Below are positions 42,454-62,553 of a stretch of DNA of 64,000 bases, one piece after another (within the stretch, counting starts at the first letter, position 1; every line of letters begins with the position of its first letter). A program made the translations under genes and the position numbers. The DNA comes from the human T2T-CHM13v2.0 reference genome, Homo sapiens. Below the pieces are notes generated by a model. It did no database searches. It saw nothing but the letters and a program-made list of their open reading frames with translations, and was not told where the DNA came from. The stretch is from NCBI RefSeq assembly GCF_009914755.1, contig NC_060928.1; one strand, given 5' to 3'.

Positions 42454-43483
42454 TTAAATACAAACCATAACTCAAGTTTGTTTCTCTAAATTTACTGGAC
42501 AGAAATTTCTCTATGTTCTATTTTATATTGCTAAGTCTATCACTGTACATTAGAACAGTATAAACATCCTCTGCACAAGAAAGATCAGGTTCCTGAAAAA
42601 CCTCTGGAATAAAATCATATGAAAGACAAGAAATATAGGGTAATGAAGATTAAGACCATTATTGACCACATGAATATTTGTTATATTTACCAAAATAAGG
42701 CAAATTGAATAGCATTCTAAAAAAATAGCATTGATTTTCCACATCTTCAATCAATAACAACAGCAGTTATAAGACTACATTTCATTCATCATTCCTTGTT
42801 CACTAGAAATTACTTTGGATTCTCACTTCACTAGAATTTCAATATAATTTCAAATTTGTTCTGCCTTGTTGCAATATCTGTATTATGTTGTTAGAGGTAT
42901 TTTTCTTTATCTGATTCTTCATCTAAATGTTTCTTTCTCATTTTATGACTCAGAGTTACTGACTATAAATGGTCAATCCCAAACACAGAGTAAATCAGTT
43001 CTGAAAGTTTTGGATAATTTTTAATACATCGGTATAACTGAATAAGGATATTTTATATTCCTCCCATATACCAATATTCTTAGCTTTCTGCTTATGATTC
43101 CCCCAGGTTCACTTTCCTTTGAATTTCTTTAAGTCTTACAAAGTTGCATTCTAACTTAAAAACAAAACTTTACTATTCACTTCTCCCATTTAGATTCTCA
43201 ACACTACTATACCCCTAACCAGAGTAAGTCACAATTATTGGATAACTAAACTTGAACTTGAGAGCAAAGATATTCAGAAGAAACATAAGTAAACTAGAAT
43301 CTCAACTAAAAAAAAATACAGTGAACTGGATTACCATTTATTTGTATGCATACAAAATACTTTACATGAGAGAAATACAGGCATCTTAGCAAAGGTTTCA
43401 AAAACTAAATAGCAATTATCTTTAAAAAAATTCAGAAAAGAAAAAACCTAAGAAACCTATATTAAAATATTTATTACAATGAT

Positions 43484-43910
<427 letters not shown>

Positions 43911-43914
43911 CTAA

Positions 43915-44102
<188 letters not shown>

Positions 44103-44127
44103 TAAAATAAAAATTAACATTGAGAAT

Positions 44128-44290
44128 TTTTTTTTTTTTTTGAGACGGAGTCTCACTGTCGTCTAGGCTGGAGTGCAGTGGCGCAATCTTGGCTCACTGC
44201 AACCTTTGCCTCCGCCTCCCAGGTTAAAGCAATTCTCCTGCCTCAGCCTCTTGTGTAGCTGGGATTACAGGTGCATGCCACCACTCCTGG
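44128..44290 (-). mobile_element. Alu right arm only
   Basis: Poly-T plus antisense right monomer. Confidence 0.88.
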
Positions 44291-44859
44291 ATTCTTTTTA
44301 AAGCATGGAAATAGAAATAGTTTATAGACCTACAAAGCTCAATTTTCAGACGATTACACATTTTTGGAACTGGAAAATATGTGAAAAATCAGCTGGCCTG
44401 TCCTTTGCTCAGATTAAAAGGAAAGGAAAAAAAAAAAACCTAACGCTGAGAGAGGTTTTAAGCAACTCTCTCAAGGTCACCCAGCTTCAAACATTGGTTT
44501 ACTATCCTTTATACTGTATCACACTGCTCCTACAGCAGTAGGAGCTCCTATTACTTATTCTAAAAGGCAAGATGCTTCTATTTATCAGGGAATCTTCTTC
44601 TTATTAGTAAGCACCATATCTTATGCAACATTATGATCTTACTAATGCCAGGATTTTAAAGGCCAGATGAATACATTTATTCAACAAATATTTATTGAAC
44701 ACCAAGTAGATGCTAGGCACTGTGACAGCACTGAGGATACAGTAGTTAAGAAGACAAACACTGAGAATAATAATACTAAAATGATAATAACAGTAACTAC
44801 ATTGAACTAAGCACCTACTATGGGCAAAATACTATATTAAGTAGCCTAGATGTACTTGC

Positions 44860-45167
44860 TTTTTTTTTTTTTTTTTTTTTTTGTGAGACAGAGTCTCACT
44901 ATGTAGCCTTAGGCTGGAGTACAGTGGTGCCATCTCGGCTCACTGCAACCTCCACCTCCTGGGTTCAAGCGATTCTGCTGTCTCAGCCTTCTGAGTAGCT
45001 GGGATTACAGGCACGTGTCACCACGCCCAGCTAATTTTTGTATTTTTAGTAGAGACGGGGTTTCACCATGTTGGCCAGGCTGGTCTTGAACGCCTGGTCT
45101 CAAGCAATCCACTTGCCTCGGCCTCTCAAAGTGCTGGGATTACAGGAGTGAGCCACAGTGCCCAGCC
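44860..45167 (-). mobile_element. Alu (AluS-like)
   Basis: Full antisense dimer; TSD acttgct. Confidence 0.95.
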
Positions 45168-45503
45168 CACTTGCTCTAATTCTTAAAACAACACTACAAA
45201 GAAGGGTTTAGAGTGAGTGGTTTGATAAGTGTCACAGTCCAATCCAGCTAGTTCTAGCACCAAAATGCAAGTTCTAGCCACCACATGTTACAGGCCACTT
45301 CCCTATTCCTAAATGAATGATTTCCTGATACAATTTTAAATATAAATAAAAGCACAAAGGAAATGAAAATATGCAATATTTTTAATAAATCCATATAGGG
45401 ACCACTTTTAGAAAGTGGCATAATTCTGGTTAGCATATCTAAAAGAGTAAAGCATTTTTATAAAGGAGATAAGACAACTAACAAGGTTAAGAAGTTGGTG
45501 TAT

Positions 45504-45808
45504 CCTCTCCCTCCCCCTCCCCCTCCCCCTCCCTCTCCCTCTACGGTCTCCCTCTGATGCCGAGCCGAAGCTGGACTGTACTGCTGCCATCTCGGCTCAC
45601 TGCAACCTCCCTGCCTGATTCTCCTGCCTCAGCCTGCCGAGTGCCTGCGATTGCAGGTGCGCGCCGCCACGCCTGACTGGTTTTCGTATTTTTTTGGTGG
45701 AGACGGGGTTTCGCTGTGTTGGCCGGGCCGGTCTCCAGCTCCTAACCGCGAGTGATCCGCCAGCCTCGGCCTCCCGAGGTGCCGGGATTGCAGACGGAGT
45801 CTTGTTCA
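45504..45808 (+). mobile_element. SVA 5' fragment (hexamer repeat + Alu-like domain only)
   Basis: (CCCTCT/CCCTCC)n then acggtctccctctgatgccgagccgaagctggactgtactgctgccatctcggctc..., CpG-rich; no VNTR, SINE-R or poly(A). Confidence 0.93.
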
Positions 45809-45960
45809 AAGTAAATTTCAGAGAAAAATACAGGTCAATTTTATAATGATAAAGAGGTCAATCACAAAAATCCTGAAAATTTATATACCTAATTACAGAG
45901 TGCCAAAATACATACAGCATAAGCTGCATGAATAAATACACAAACCCAAAATTATAGTCA
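45809..45960 (+). mobile_element. Old L1 (L1M-type) ORF2 endonuclease-region fragment
   Basis: caaagtaaatttcagag...ataatgataaagaggtcaat...attatagtca resembles L1 ORF2 start; probably continues left of the SVA. Confidence 0.7.
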
Positions 45961-46087
45961 ATCCATAGAAATGCATTTAAGGAACTGAGAAACTGCCAAA
46001 AGTGGAAGTACTATTATTTTATGATCTCACACTACTGTAGGATAGATTCTGCTCTGCTACATACTTGTCAACATTTAGTATAGTCTT

Positions 46088-46467
46088 TTAAAGAGCTGGG
46101 GTATGTGTCCCCTCTAAATCTCATGTTGAAATGTAATCCCCAGTGTTGGAGGTGGGGCCTCGTGGAAGGTGATTGGATCATGGGGGCAGATAACTTCACA
46201 GGTTGGTGCTGAGTTCTCTCAAGATCCGGTTTTTTAAAAGTGTGTGGCACCTCTCCCAACCCCCTTGCTCCTGCTCTGCCATATGAGATGCCTGCTCCTT
46301 TTCATCGTCCACCATGATTATAAGCTGAGTCCTCCCCAGAAGCTGAGCAGATGCCAGTGCCATGCTTCTTGTACAGCCTGTAGAACCATGAGCCAATTAA
46401 ACCTCTTCATTATAAATTATCCAGTCTCAGGTATTTCCTTATAGCAATGCAAGAACAGACTAACATA
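46088..46467 (+). mobile_element. MaLR solo LTR (MST family), copy 1
   Basis: tgtgtcccctctaaatctcatgttgaaatgtaatcccc...gcaagaacagactaac; probable 5-bp TSD gtctt. Confidence 0.9.
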
Positions 46468-47371
46468 GTCTTTTTAATTTCAGTCCTTCTAATAAGTATG
46501 TAATGTTATCATTATGGTTTTAATCTGCATTTTTCCTAATGGTTAGTGATGTTGAGCATCTGAAAAAATGCTAATTTTTCATTTACATATCTTTTTTGGT
46601 GAGGTGTCTGTTCTAAATTTTTGCTCAATGTTTCTTGAATTGTTTTCTTATTGTTGAGTTTTGAGAATTCTTTATATATTCTGGACAAAAGTATCTGCTT
46701 TGCAAAGATTTCTCCCAGTCAGTAGTTTGTCTTTAAATCCTCCAATAGTTTTCAAAAACGGAAATTTTTAACTTTTATGGAGTCCAATTTGTCTGGTGTT
46801 CTTTTAGGGATTGTGCTGCTAATGTTATACCTAGTAATTCTTCCTAAGCCCAGGTCACAAGGATTTTTCTCCTATGTTTTCTTCTAGAGTTTTATAGGTT
46901 TAGGTTTTACATTTTGAGTTAAACTTTCTATTAATATACGGTTTAATGTACAGATTGAAGGATTTTAAAAATATATATAGGCATTTAATTTTACCAATTA
47001 CATCTCTTTAAAAGACTGTTCTTTCTTTACTGAATTGCCTTTCCACCTTTGGTGGAAATCAGTTCATAAAGGGGTCTATTTTTTGGCTCTGTCTCTTCTG
47101 TTTATCTGTTTGTCTATCTTGATGCGAGTACCACACTACTTTGAGTATTGTAGCTTTATAATTATGTCTTGAAATTGGGTAGCGTTGGTTCTCCAACTTT
47201 GTATTCCCTTTTCAGAGTTGTTTTGCTTTTGTAGGTTGTCTGTATTCCATATGAATTTTAGAATCAGTCTGTCAATTTCTAAAAAAAAAAAGTCCTGCTG
47301 GGAATTTAGTTTGGATTGCACTAAATCTATGGATCAGTTTGGAGAAATTGGCCACTTAAAAGTATTTCCTC

Positions 47372-47664
<293 letters not shown>

Positions 47665-49528
47665 GTATTTCCTCTTCTGACACAAGAACCAATATTTTCC
47701 CCCACTTACTTAAGTCTTTTAAGTTTTTTTCTGAGTGGTATTTTGTAGATTTTAGTGTGTCTTATATATGTTTTTTTCAGCTTTCTCTGTAAGTACCTAG
47801 CATTTTTATGCTACTTAAAAATTGTTTTTCATTTTAATTTTTTATTTTTTGTTGATAGGGTATAGCTTTGCTAAACTCACCTGTTAGTTTCAAGAGTTTC
47901 TTTAAAGATTCTATTGAATTTTCTTCATAGACAAACATGTCATCTGCCCATCAAGACAGTATTATTACTATACTTGTTGCTTTTTCTTGCCTTACTGCCC
48001 TGGCTAGAATCTCCAGAATAACATTGATTAGTAGTAGTGAGAACATACTCTTGGCTTGTTCTTGATCTTAGAAGAAATGCATTCAGACCTTCATTATTAA
48101 GTGTCATGTTAATTGTAGGGTTTTTGTAGATGTCCTTTATCAGCTTGAGGAAGTTTTATTCTATTAGGCTGTGAGAGTGTTAATCAAGTATACATGCTGG
48201 ATTTTGTCAAATGCTTTTTCTGCCACTTTAGAGATTGTTGTGTGGTTTTTCTTTTTAGTTTAGAAATATGTTGAGTTACATTCATTGCATTTTTGGATGT
48301 TAAACCAACCTTACTTACCTTCCTGGGAAGGACAATGTACTTGGCCATGTGTGTCTTTCTTTTCATGTTTTTGTTGGACTTGATAGGCTAAACGTCTGTT
48401 TAGAAGTTTTATATCTATGTTCATGAGGAACATTTTTCTGTAGACTTTTCTTTTAGAATATCTCTGTCTGGTTTTGGCCTCAGGGTAACGATGGCCTCAT
48501 AAAGTGAGCTGGGAAGGGTTCTTTTCTCTTGATTTTCTAGAAGAGTTTGTGTAGAATAGGCATTACTTCTTCCTTAAATTTTGTAAGAATACACCAGTAA
48601 AGGCATCTGGGCCTGGAATTTTCTTTGTTGGAAGTTTTTAAATTACAAATTCAATTTACTTAATTGATATGGGACTTTTCAAGTCATCTATTTTATCTTG
48701 GTTAAGCTTTACAGTTTTTGTTTTTCAAGGAATTTGTCCACTTTAAGGTGTTGAATTACAGGCATACAGTTTATAGTATTCATTAATCATTCTTTTACTA
48801 TCTTTAAAACCTCTTAGTCTCATCACCTGTTTCATTCCTGAAACTTAATTTATCTCTTTCTTTCTCTTTTCCCCACTCTGGCTAGAGATTTATTAATTTT
48901 ATTGATCTTCTCAAAGGTTTGATTATTTCTATTGATTTTATGCTTTATATTTCATAGGTTTCAGTCTGACCATTATTTTTTTCCCCCTCCTTACTTTGGA
49001 TTTAATTTGCTCTTGTTTTTCTAATTTCTTAAGATGAAAACAGAGGTCATGGATTTGAGGCTTTCTAGTGTAGACTTTCAGTGGTATAAATTTCCTTCCT
49101 TGAACACTGCTTTAGTAGTATGACACAAATTTTGACATTTTGTGTTTTAATCTTCATTTAATTCATTCTGCTTTTAAATTTCCCTTTTGATTTCTTTGAC
49201 CAATGAGTTATTTAGAAGCATTTTATTTAGCTTTCAAATATTTGGGAATTTTCTAGCGATTTTTCATTTACTGATTTTTAATTTAATTTTATTGTGGTCA
49301 GATAACCCACTTTGTATGTTTTGAATCCCTTTAAATTTATTAAGACTTGTTTAATTACTTTGAATAAGAACTATCTCAGTGATCTGTATGTACTTGAAAA
49401 GAATGTGTATTTGCCTATTGTTGGTTAGAGTGTTTTATAAATGTCAATTAGGTTAAGTTGGCTGACATCTGTAGGGATTTTCTGTCTACTAGTTCTATCA
49501 GTTATCAAGACAGTGGTACTAAAATCTC

Positions 49529-49898
49529 GTTAGGCTGTTCTTGCATTGCTATAAAGAAATTCCTGAGACTAGATAATTTATAATGAAGAGGTTTTATTGG
49601 ACAAGCTGTACAAGAAGCATGGCACTGGCATCTGCTCAGCTTCTGGGGAGTACTCAGGGAGCTTATAATAATGGTGGAAGATGAAAGGCAGCAGGCATCT
49701 CATATGGCAGAGCAGGAGCAACGGGGTTGGGGGAGGTGCCACACACTTTTAAAAAACCGGATCTTGAGAGAACTCAGCACCAACCTGTGAAGTTATCTGC
49801 CCCCATGATCCAATCACCTTCCACGAGGCCCTACCTCCAACACTGGGGATTACATTTCAACATGAGATTTAGAGGGGACACATACCCCAACTCTTTAA
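49529..49898 (-). mobile_element. MaLR solo LTR (MST family), copy 2 (inverted duplicate of copy 1)
   Basis: Reverse complement of 46088-46464; ORFs 46068..46259(-) and 49727..49918(+) differ at only 2 of 63 residues. Confidence 0.92.
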
Positions 49899-50860
49899 AA
49901 GACTATACTAAATGTTGACAAGTATGTAGCAGAACAGAATCTATCCTACAGTACCATGAGATCATAAAATAATAGTACCTCCACTTTTGGCAGTTTCTCA
50001 GTTCCTTAAATGCATTTCCATGGATTGTCCCACAACCACAAAAAAAAAGAAAGGAAAGGAAGCTAAACATACACTGACATATGACCAAGGCATTCCACTC
50101 AGGAATTTTTACTCAAAAAAAAAAAAAGTGTATGTCCCCAAAAAGACCTGAACAAGAATATTCACAGCAGCTTTATTTATACAGACCAAAATGTCCATCA
50201 GCAGGTAAATAGATAAACAAATGTGGCATATCCATATAATAAACATTATTCAGCAATAAAAGGGAATGAACTACTGATGCAACAACATTGTTGAATCTCA
50301 AAATCATAGTAAGTAAAAGAAAAAGGGGCTGGCCAAGCACGGAGGCTCACACCTGTAATCCCAGCACTTTGGGAGGCTGAGGCGGGTGGACTGCTTGAGC
50401 TCAGGAGTTTGAGAGATGAAACCCTGTCTCTACCAAAAATACAAAAATTAGCCAGGAGTGGTGATGCGCACCTGTGGCCCAAGCTACTTGGGAGGCCGAG
50501 GTAGGAGGATGAGTGGAGCCTGGGAAGTCTGGGAAGGCTGTAGTGAGCCATGATCATGCCACTGAACTCCAGCCTCAGTGACAGAATGAGACCCTATCTC
50601 AAAAATAAATAAATAAAAAATAAAACAAGAAGACAAAAAAGAATGCACATTGTATGATTTCATTTAGATAAAACTCTAGAAAAAGCAAATTAATCTATAG
50701 TGCCAGAAAGCAGATCAGCACTTGCACAGGGAAGTTTCTGGAAATGATGAGTATGTTCACTATCTTGATGCACACAAGTGTATCAAAACTCATCAAATAA
50801 TATACTTTAAGTATGTGTAGTTTATTGTATGTCACTGACACTTCAATAAAGCTAGTAAAA
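49899..50860 (+). mobile_element. Old L1 (L1M-type) 3' end
   Basis: aaacatacactgacatatgacc...aaatgtccatcagcagg...caataaagct typical of L1M 3' ends; interrupted by an Alu. Confidence 0.8.
50327..50624 (+). mobile_element. Alu (AluJ-like)
   Basis: Full dimer within the L1 3' end. Confidence 0.9.
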
Positions 50861-50879
50861 TATAAATAAAAGTTTTGAA

Positions 50880-53460
50880 CATGCCATTACCAAAATACAC
50901 TGTATTCAAGGCTGTAAAATAAAACACATTTAAAAGAACTGATATCACACCAAGTATATGCTTTAACAGTAATAAAATTAAACTAGAAATCAGTAACAGA
51001 AGAGTTTCTGGTAAATCTCCAAATATTTGGAGGTTAAACAAACTTCTTGATAATCCATGACTCAGAGAGAAAATCACAAATACTTTGAACCAAAAGAAAA
51101 CAAAAATACTATATAAAAATGTGTAGGATATAGTCAAAACAGTGCTTTAGAGGGAAAGAGCATTAAATGCTTATACAAGAAAAAAAGAAAAGACAAATCA
51201 ATGACTTCTACCTTAAGAAACTAAAAAACAAGAGTAAATTATATCCAAAGCAAGGAGAAGAAATAATAAAAACAAAAAATCAATGGAAGTGAAAACAGAA
51301 AAACAACACAGAAAATCAAGAATAAAGCAAGGAGTTTGCTCTCATCACTCCTATTCAGCATTTTATTAGAACTCCTACACTGTGAAAAAGAGAAGGAAAA
51401 GAAAAAGTACACAGATTGGGAATAAAACTGTCATTATTTTCTGACAACATAGTTATCTCTGTAGAAAATCCCAAGGAATCTACAAAAAAGTTCCTGGAAT
51501 TTAATAAGTGAATTTGGCAAGGTTGAAGGACATGACGTTAATATGCAAAAATCAACTGTATTTTATGTACTAGCAGTGAACAACTGGAAATCAAAATTTA
51601 AAAAACAATACCATTTACAATAGCGCCAAACCCAAAGAAATACTTATGTATAAAGCTAATAAAACATGAGCATAATCTATATGCTACGCAAAAAACTACA
51701 AAGCTCTAACAAAAAAAACGTCAAAGACCTAAATACATGGAGACTATGTCATGTTCTTGGTTTAGAGGACTTAATATTGTTAAGATGTCAATTCTCTCCA
51801 ATTCATCTGTAAATTGAATGTAATTCCAATCAAATACCAGTGTTTCTTATAGATATTTGACAAGCTAATTCTAAAATTTATAAAGAAAGGTAAAGAAATT
51901 AGAACAGCCAAAACAATCTTGAAAAATAAGAAAAAAATTGAAAGGCTCAATATACCTGATTTCAAAACTTACTATAAAGCTACAGTAGGCTGGACACAGT
52001 GGCTCACATCTGTAATTCCAGCACTTTGGGAGGCCGAGATGAGAGAATCGCTTGAGCCCAGGAGTTCGAGACCAACCTGGGCAACACAGCAAGACCCTGT
52101 CTCCTTTTTAATTAAAAAAGAAAAAAAAGCTACAGTAAACTAGACATTATGATATTTAATCAAGATAGACATACAAATCAATAGAACAGAATAGAGTATG
52201 GAAAGAGACCTACACAGGTATTGTTGACTGATTTTTGACAATGTACAATGGCAATTCAAGGGAAAAAGGATAGTCTTCTCAACAAATGGTACTGGAAAAC
52301 CTAGAAAGTGATATGCAAAAAAAAAAAATTTCACCCATACCTCACACTCATATAAAAACCTGAGTCAAAATGGGTCACACACCTAAAAGTAAAGAGATCA
52401 CAGGAGAAAATTTTCATGACCTTGGTTTAGGCAAATTCTTAGATACAGCACAAAAGTACAATCTATTTTTTTTTAAAGCGATGAATTCATCAAAAGCAAA
52501 AGCTTTTGTTCCGCCGAAGACATTGTTGGAGAATGAAAAGACAGCTACAGACTGCAAATATATATTAGCACGTATCTGCCAGGGGACTTATTTTCAGAAT
52601 TATATGAAGAACTCTCAAAACTCAACAAGAAATAACAATTTTTAAATAGGCAAAATATTTCAATGAACACTTTAACAAAGAGGTACAAATGGCAAATAAG
52701 CACATGAAAAGGTGCTCAATATCATTACTCATGAGGGTAATGCAAATTAAAACCACAATGAGATGCTACTATGTATCTTTTAGAATGACTATAATTTCTA
52801 TAACTAACCATATCAAGTCCTGCAAGGATGCTAAGCAACTGGATCTCTCATGCATTGCTGGCTGGAATGCAAAATGGTTCACCCACTTTGGAAAACAGTT
52901 TGGAGATTTTTTATAAATTAAACATTCACTTACCATATAACCCGGCAATCCCCTTCCTAAAAATGAAAACTTGTGTTCACACAAAAACATGCATGTGAAT
53001 GTTTATGGCAAGCTTTATTCAAAAACTGGAAACTCAGTGTCTTCAACTGATAAATGGATAAACAAACTGTGATACATCCATACAATGGAATACTACTCAA
53101 CAATAAAAAAGAATAAACTATTAATACATAAAAGAAAATAGATGAATCTCAAATGCACTAAGCTACATGAAAGAAGCCAGACTCAAAAAGTTATATACAC
53201 TATTTTACTCCATTTATATAATATTCTAGAAAAGACAGTATTGTAGGGATAGACAACAGATCACTGGTTGCCAGGGTTTAAGAGTTGACGAGGGTTCAAC
53301 TACAGAGGTAGTAAGTAAAAAACTTACTACAGCACAAGTAAGTTTTTTATGGAAAACTGTTATGTATCTTGATTCTGGTGGTGGTTACAAAACTCTATGC
53401 GTTTATCAAAAATCACAGAACTGTTTATAAAAATTTTACTGCATATTAAAAAACAATTTT
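50880..53460 (+). mobile_element. Second old L1 (L1M-type), ORF2 fragments plus 3' end
   Basis: ORFs [14 protein letters not shown] (51919) and MANKHMKRCSISLLMRVMQIKTTMR (52689) resemble L1 ORF2p; FLAM inserted at 51988-52128 with TSD aaagctacagta. Confidence 0.85.
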
Positions 53461-53533
53461 CAAAAATAGGCAAAGGTAGTTAAGAAAAAAGGCAATTTGG
53501 AAGGTCTAAAAAATAATCAAAATAACAGAACAT

Positions 53534-54148
<615 letters not shown>

Positions 54149-54221
54149 ATAGAACAGAATAAAAACAAGGTCTTGGGAATAATATCAGGTCATAAAAAGA
54201 GGGCACTAAGTTGGGGATAGA

Positions 54222-54401
54222 TTTTTTTTTTTTTTTGAGACGGAACCTCCAACTCCCTGGTTCAAGCGATTCTTCTGCCTCAGCCTCCCGAGTAGCTGGG
54301 ATTACAGGCACGTGCCACCATGCCAGCTAATTTTTATATTTTTAGTAGAGATGGGGTTTCACCATGTTGGCCAGGATGGTCTCGATCTCCTGACCTCGTG
54401 A
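54222..54401 (-). mobile_element. Partial Alu with internal deletion
   Basis: ttttgagacggaacctcc junction; truncated at cctcgtga. Confidence 0.85.
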
Positions 54402-54617
54402 GGGGATGGATTTTGAAGGCAAGACAGAACTGCAGTTTTCCAAATCAGTGAATAATGTGAAGAAAGTAAAAGCACTGAGCTGCATATCAAGTATGCCTTT
54501 GGTCCTGATTTGTCTTAGAGTCTGAGACCATTCTAACCACATAAGAGGATTTCACATCACAAGAAAGAAAACAGAAGTTCACAGGCTGGCAATTTTTTAT
54601 ACTCATGCCTCTCGATC

Positions 54618-55075
54618 GAGGGTTCTTAACATACAGTACCTAGACAGAATTCTGGGAATCTGTGAAAGTGAGTGAAATGAAAATACATCTTTTTAACCAC
54701 TAACTGAAATGTATTACATTTCCTTAGGTTATGAATGTATGCAACTAACTGCAATAGACTGAACAGGACCTGCACCTTCATCACTTAAAGAAATCACAGA
54801 TTCTTCCTATCATATCATTATTATCATGGATTTGTTGCTATCTCATTTTGTATGCATTAATAAACATATTTATAAACCACATTAAAGTTTTCTAGTATTT
54901 TGATAACTATATTTTATATAATTGGTTTCCTCTGTAATCCATGTATTTTTACCTTATGCATTTAGAATACATTAAATATTTTTAAATATATGTAAAGCAT
55001 CTAAGAAAGCATTCATAGGCTTCCCTAAACCATCAAAAGGATTTATGGCAAATAAAACGTTAAAAATCCCTGCTC
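54618..55075. mobile_element. Probable hAT-Charlie-type DNA transposon relic
   Basis: Ends agggttcttaac ... gttaaaaatccctg resemble hAT terminal inverted repeats; family not identified. Confidence 0.45.
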
Positions 55076-55078
55076 TAG

Positions 55079-55283
55079 AGGGGAACATCACACACTGGGA
55101 CCTGTCAGGGGTTGGGGGCTAGGGGAGGGATAGCATTAGGAGAAATGCCTAATGTAGATGATGGGCTGATGTGTGCAGCAAACCACCATGGCACGTGTAT
55201 ACCTATGTAACAAACCTGCACATTCTGCACATGTATCCCAGAACTTAAAGTATAATTTAAAAAAAAAAAAAAGGAAAAAAAAA
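55079..55283 (+). mobile_element. Short L1PA 3' end
   Basis: ggggaacatcacacactggg...gaacttaaagtataat + poly(A). Confidence 0.92.
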
Positions 55284-56276
55284 TCCAAATTATTTTGCCT
55301 CCATCTTACAAAGCACCTCTTTCTCCAGGGCCGGTAATATCCTTCACACATGCATGAAGTGTCACTCTTACCATGGTTATGTAATAGTTTACACCCAAGG
55401 ACAGATATGTATGGCTTTTTTAAAAAGCAAGTCATGTTTGTTTATGCTCCCTAGATAGTACTCCATATAAAATTAAATGCATCAAATAAATATTCCATCT
55501 AGTCATATAAAATACAAAGAGAGAACTTAAGACTGAACACTACAATGCTAAATGAAATGTACTTTCAGAAACTACAGATTAAACTAGCTTAAAAAGTCAA
55601 TCTTACATCTCACATAAGAAGGAATTTAATGAAGGCATTTCAAAAAGGATCTCAAGTTGATATGAATGCAAAGTTTAACTCATTTACCTTTGTTTTCTAA
55701 ATACACCGTACACACTGCAACATCTTATTACTCATTTAAAGGTTTAAAAAAAGGGTATCAAAACAAAACCAACACAAACAAACAAGCCAGATCTCAAAGG
55801 TATCTACAGTATTAAAACTCTTAGGATTTTCTGGGTTACATGATGGCAATTCCCAACCAAGAGAGACATAGCAGGCATTGAAACAATGGAAATGCCCACA
55901 TAGCAGAAGGGAGTGAGGGGATCCAAACTACAAGAGCGACAAAATCAACTGTGGATCCAGAGACGAAAAAATGTTCTGTAGTGCAAAGGTAATCTGGTGA
56001 GAATGATGAAAAAAAAAGAACCATTTTTAGAAAAAAGGAATATTAGAAATATTGAAGTAAATATCATAAGTCATTCTATTACAAAGGCATTAACTCCTTC
56101 CTATCAATAGAATGTACCAGTTTAAAAATTTTTAGTAGGAATATATCTTTTATTTTATAACAGAAATCAAGGGACAAAGAGAATTTGATCATCCATACTT
56201 CCTACTCTTATTGGTTGTCAAAATGTAGCCACATAAAACTGTTCATTCATTTTCAACTTAACAAAATTTCATTTTT

Positions 56277-56687
<411 letters not shown>

Positions 56688-56692
56688 GAAAC

Positions 56693-61059
<4,367 letters not shown>

Positions 61060-61131
61060 GAAACCCTGTCTCTATTTTTTTAAATACATTTTTAAAAAAT
61101 AAAATTTATTTATTTAAAAAAATTTTTTTAA

Positions 61132-61537
<406 letters not shown>

Positions 61538-62196
61538 AGAATTTTTTATTATAAGCAGTCAAAATAATGAGTCTTTGAAATTATTTTTTCTGATTACAGA
61601 ATCACTTTGTGCTCACTACAGGAAACTTGTAAAATATAAAAAGCAGAAAAGAATGTCCCATAATCTTACCAACAAGAAACAACCATTGTAACCATTTTAT
61701 TTCTTGTATGGGTACCATCTTACAGTCAGTAAGAATACTATTAATTAATACTTATTAACCACTTCCTTTGAGATATTCAGCTAAGAGTTTTCCAAACATT
61801 TTCATTTTACCTTTATATTCAAGTAGTAGGTGAACATTTTACAGTTGTGTCAAGTAGGGTTTAAAGAGGTTAGGAAACGTGCCTAAGGTCACAGAGAAAA
61901 GTGGTAGAGCTGAAGCCAGCATCCTTGATCACTATACCACACCACCGTCAATGTACAGATACAGACAATGCCATACACTACTCCTTGCTTCTAAAATTAT
62001 AAATATAATTTTTAGATGGCTATTTAATAACAGCACTTGGATATATAGTAACTTTACTGACTCACTCCTCTCCTGGATCAGATTATTTTCATATTTTATT
62101 CAGGATAGTGTGATTCATTCAATACAAAAAATAAAAACTAGATAAATGCAAGACTTGCTTGTCCACTTCTAAATTTAAATTAAAATATATAATTCA

Positions 62197-62358
<162 letters not shown>

Positions 62359-62498
62359 CTAAAGAAAAATTTTAAGAAATAATAACAATGCAATATTAAT
62401 GTCAAAAAACATGACTGATGAGCATACTTTTTTCTAATTTTCTCAGAAAAAAACTTTCATTTTGAGGCATACAAATAGTACATAAATGAGACACTCAC

Positions 62499-62553
62499 TT
62501 TTCCAGTTAATGAAGAAGGGAATTCAGATTCAAATTTGTTGCTCAGTCCAAAT
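62499..62553 (-). CDS. CHIC2: CHIC2 exon 2 (55 bp): 1 nt + FGLSNKFESEFPSSLTGK
   Basis: Acceptor aaatag, donor gtgagt; joins exon 3 in frame across a 140-bp intron. Confidence 0.95.

Noticed and set aside
55836-56215. Unassigned complex segment in intron 3 with a 62-aa minus ORF and a minus-strand AATAAA
   Set aside because: No recognisable homology or clear splice sites; could be an old repeat and needs a Dfam/BLAST search.
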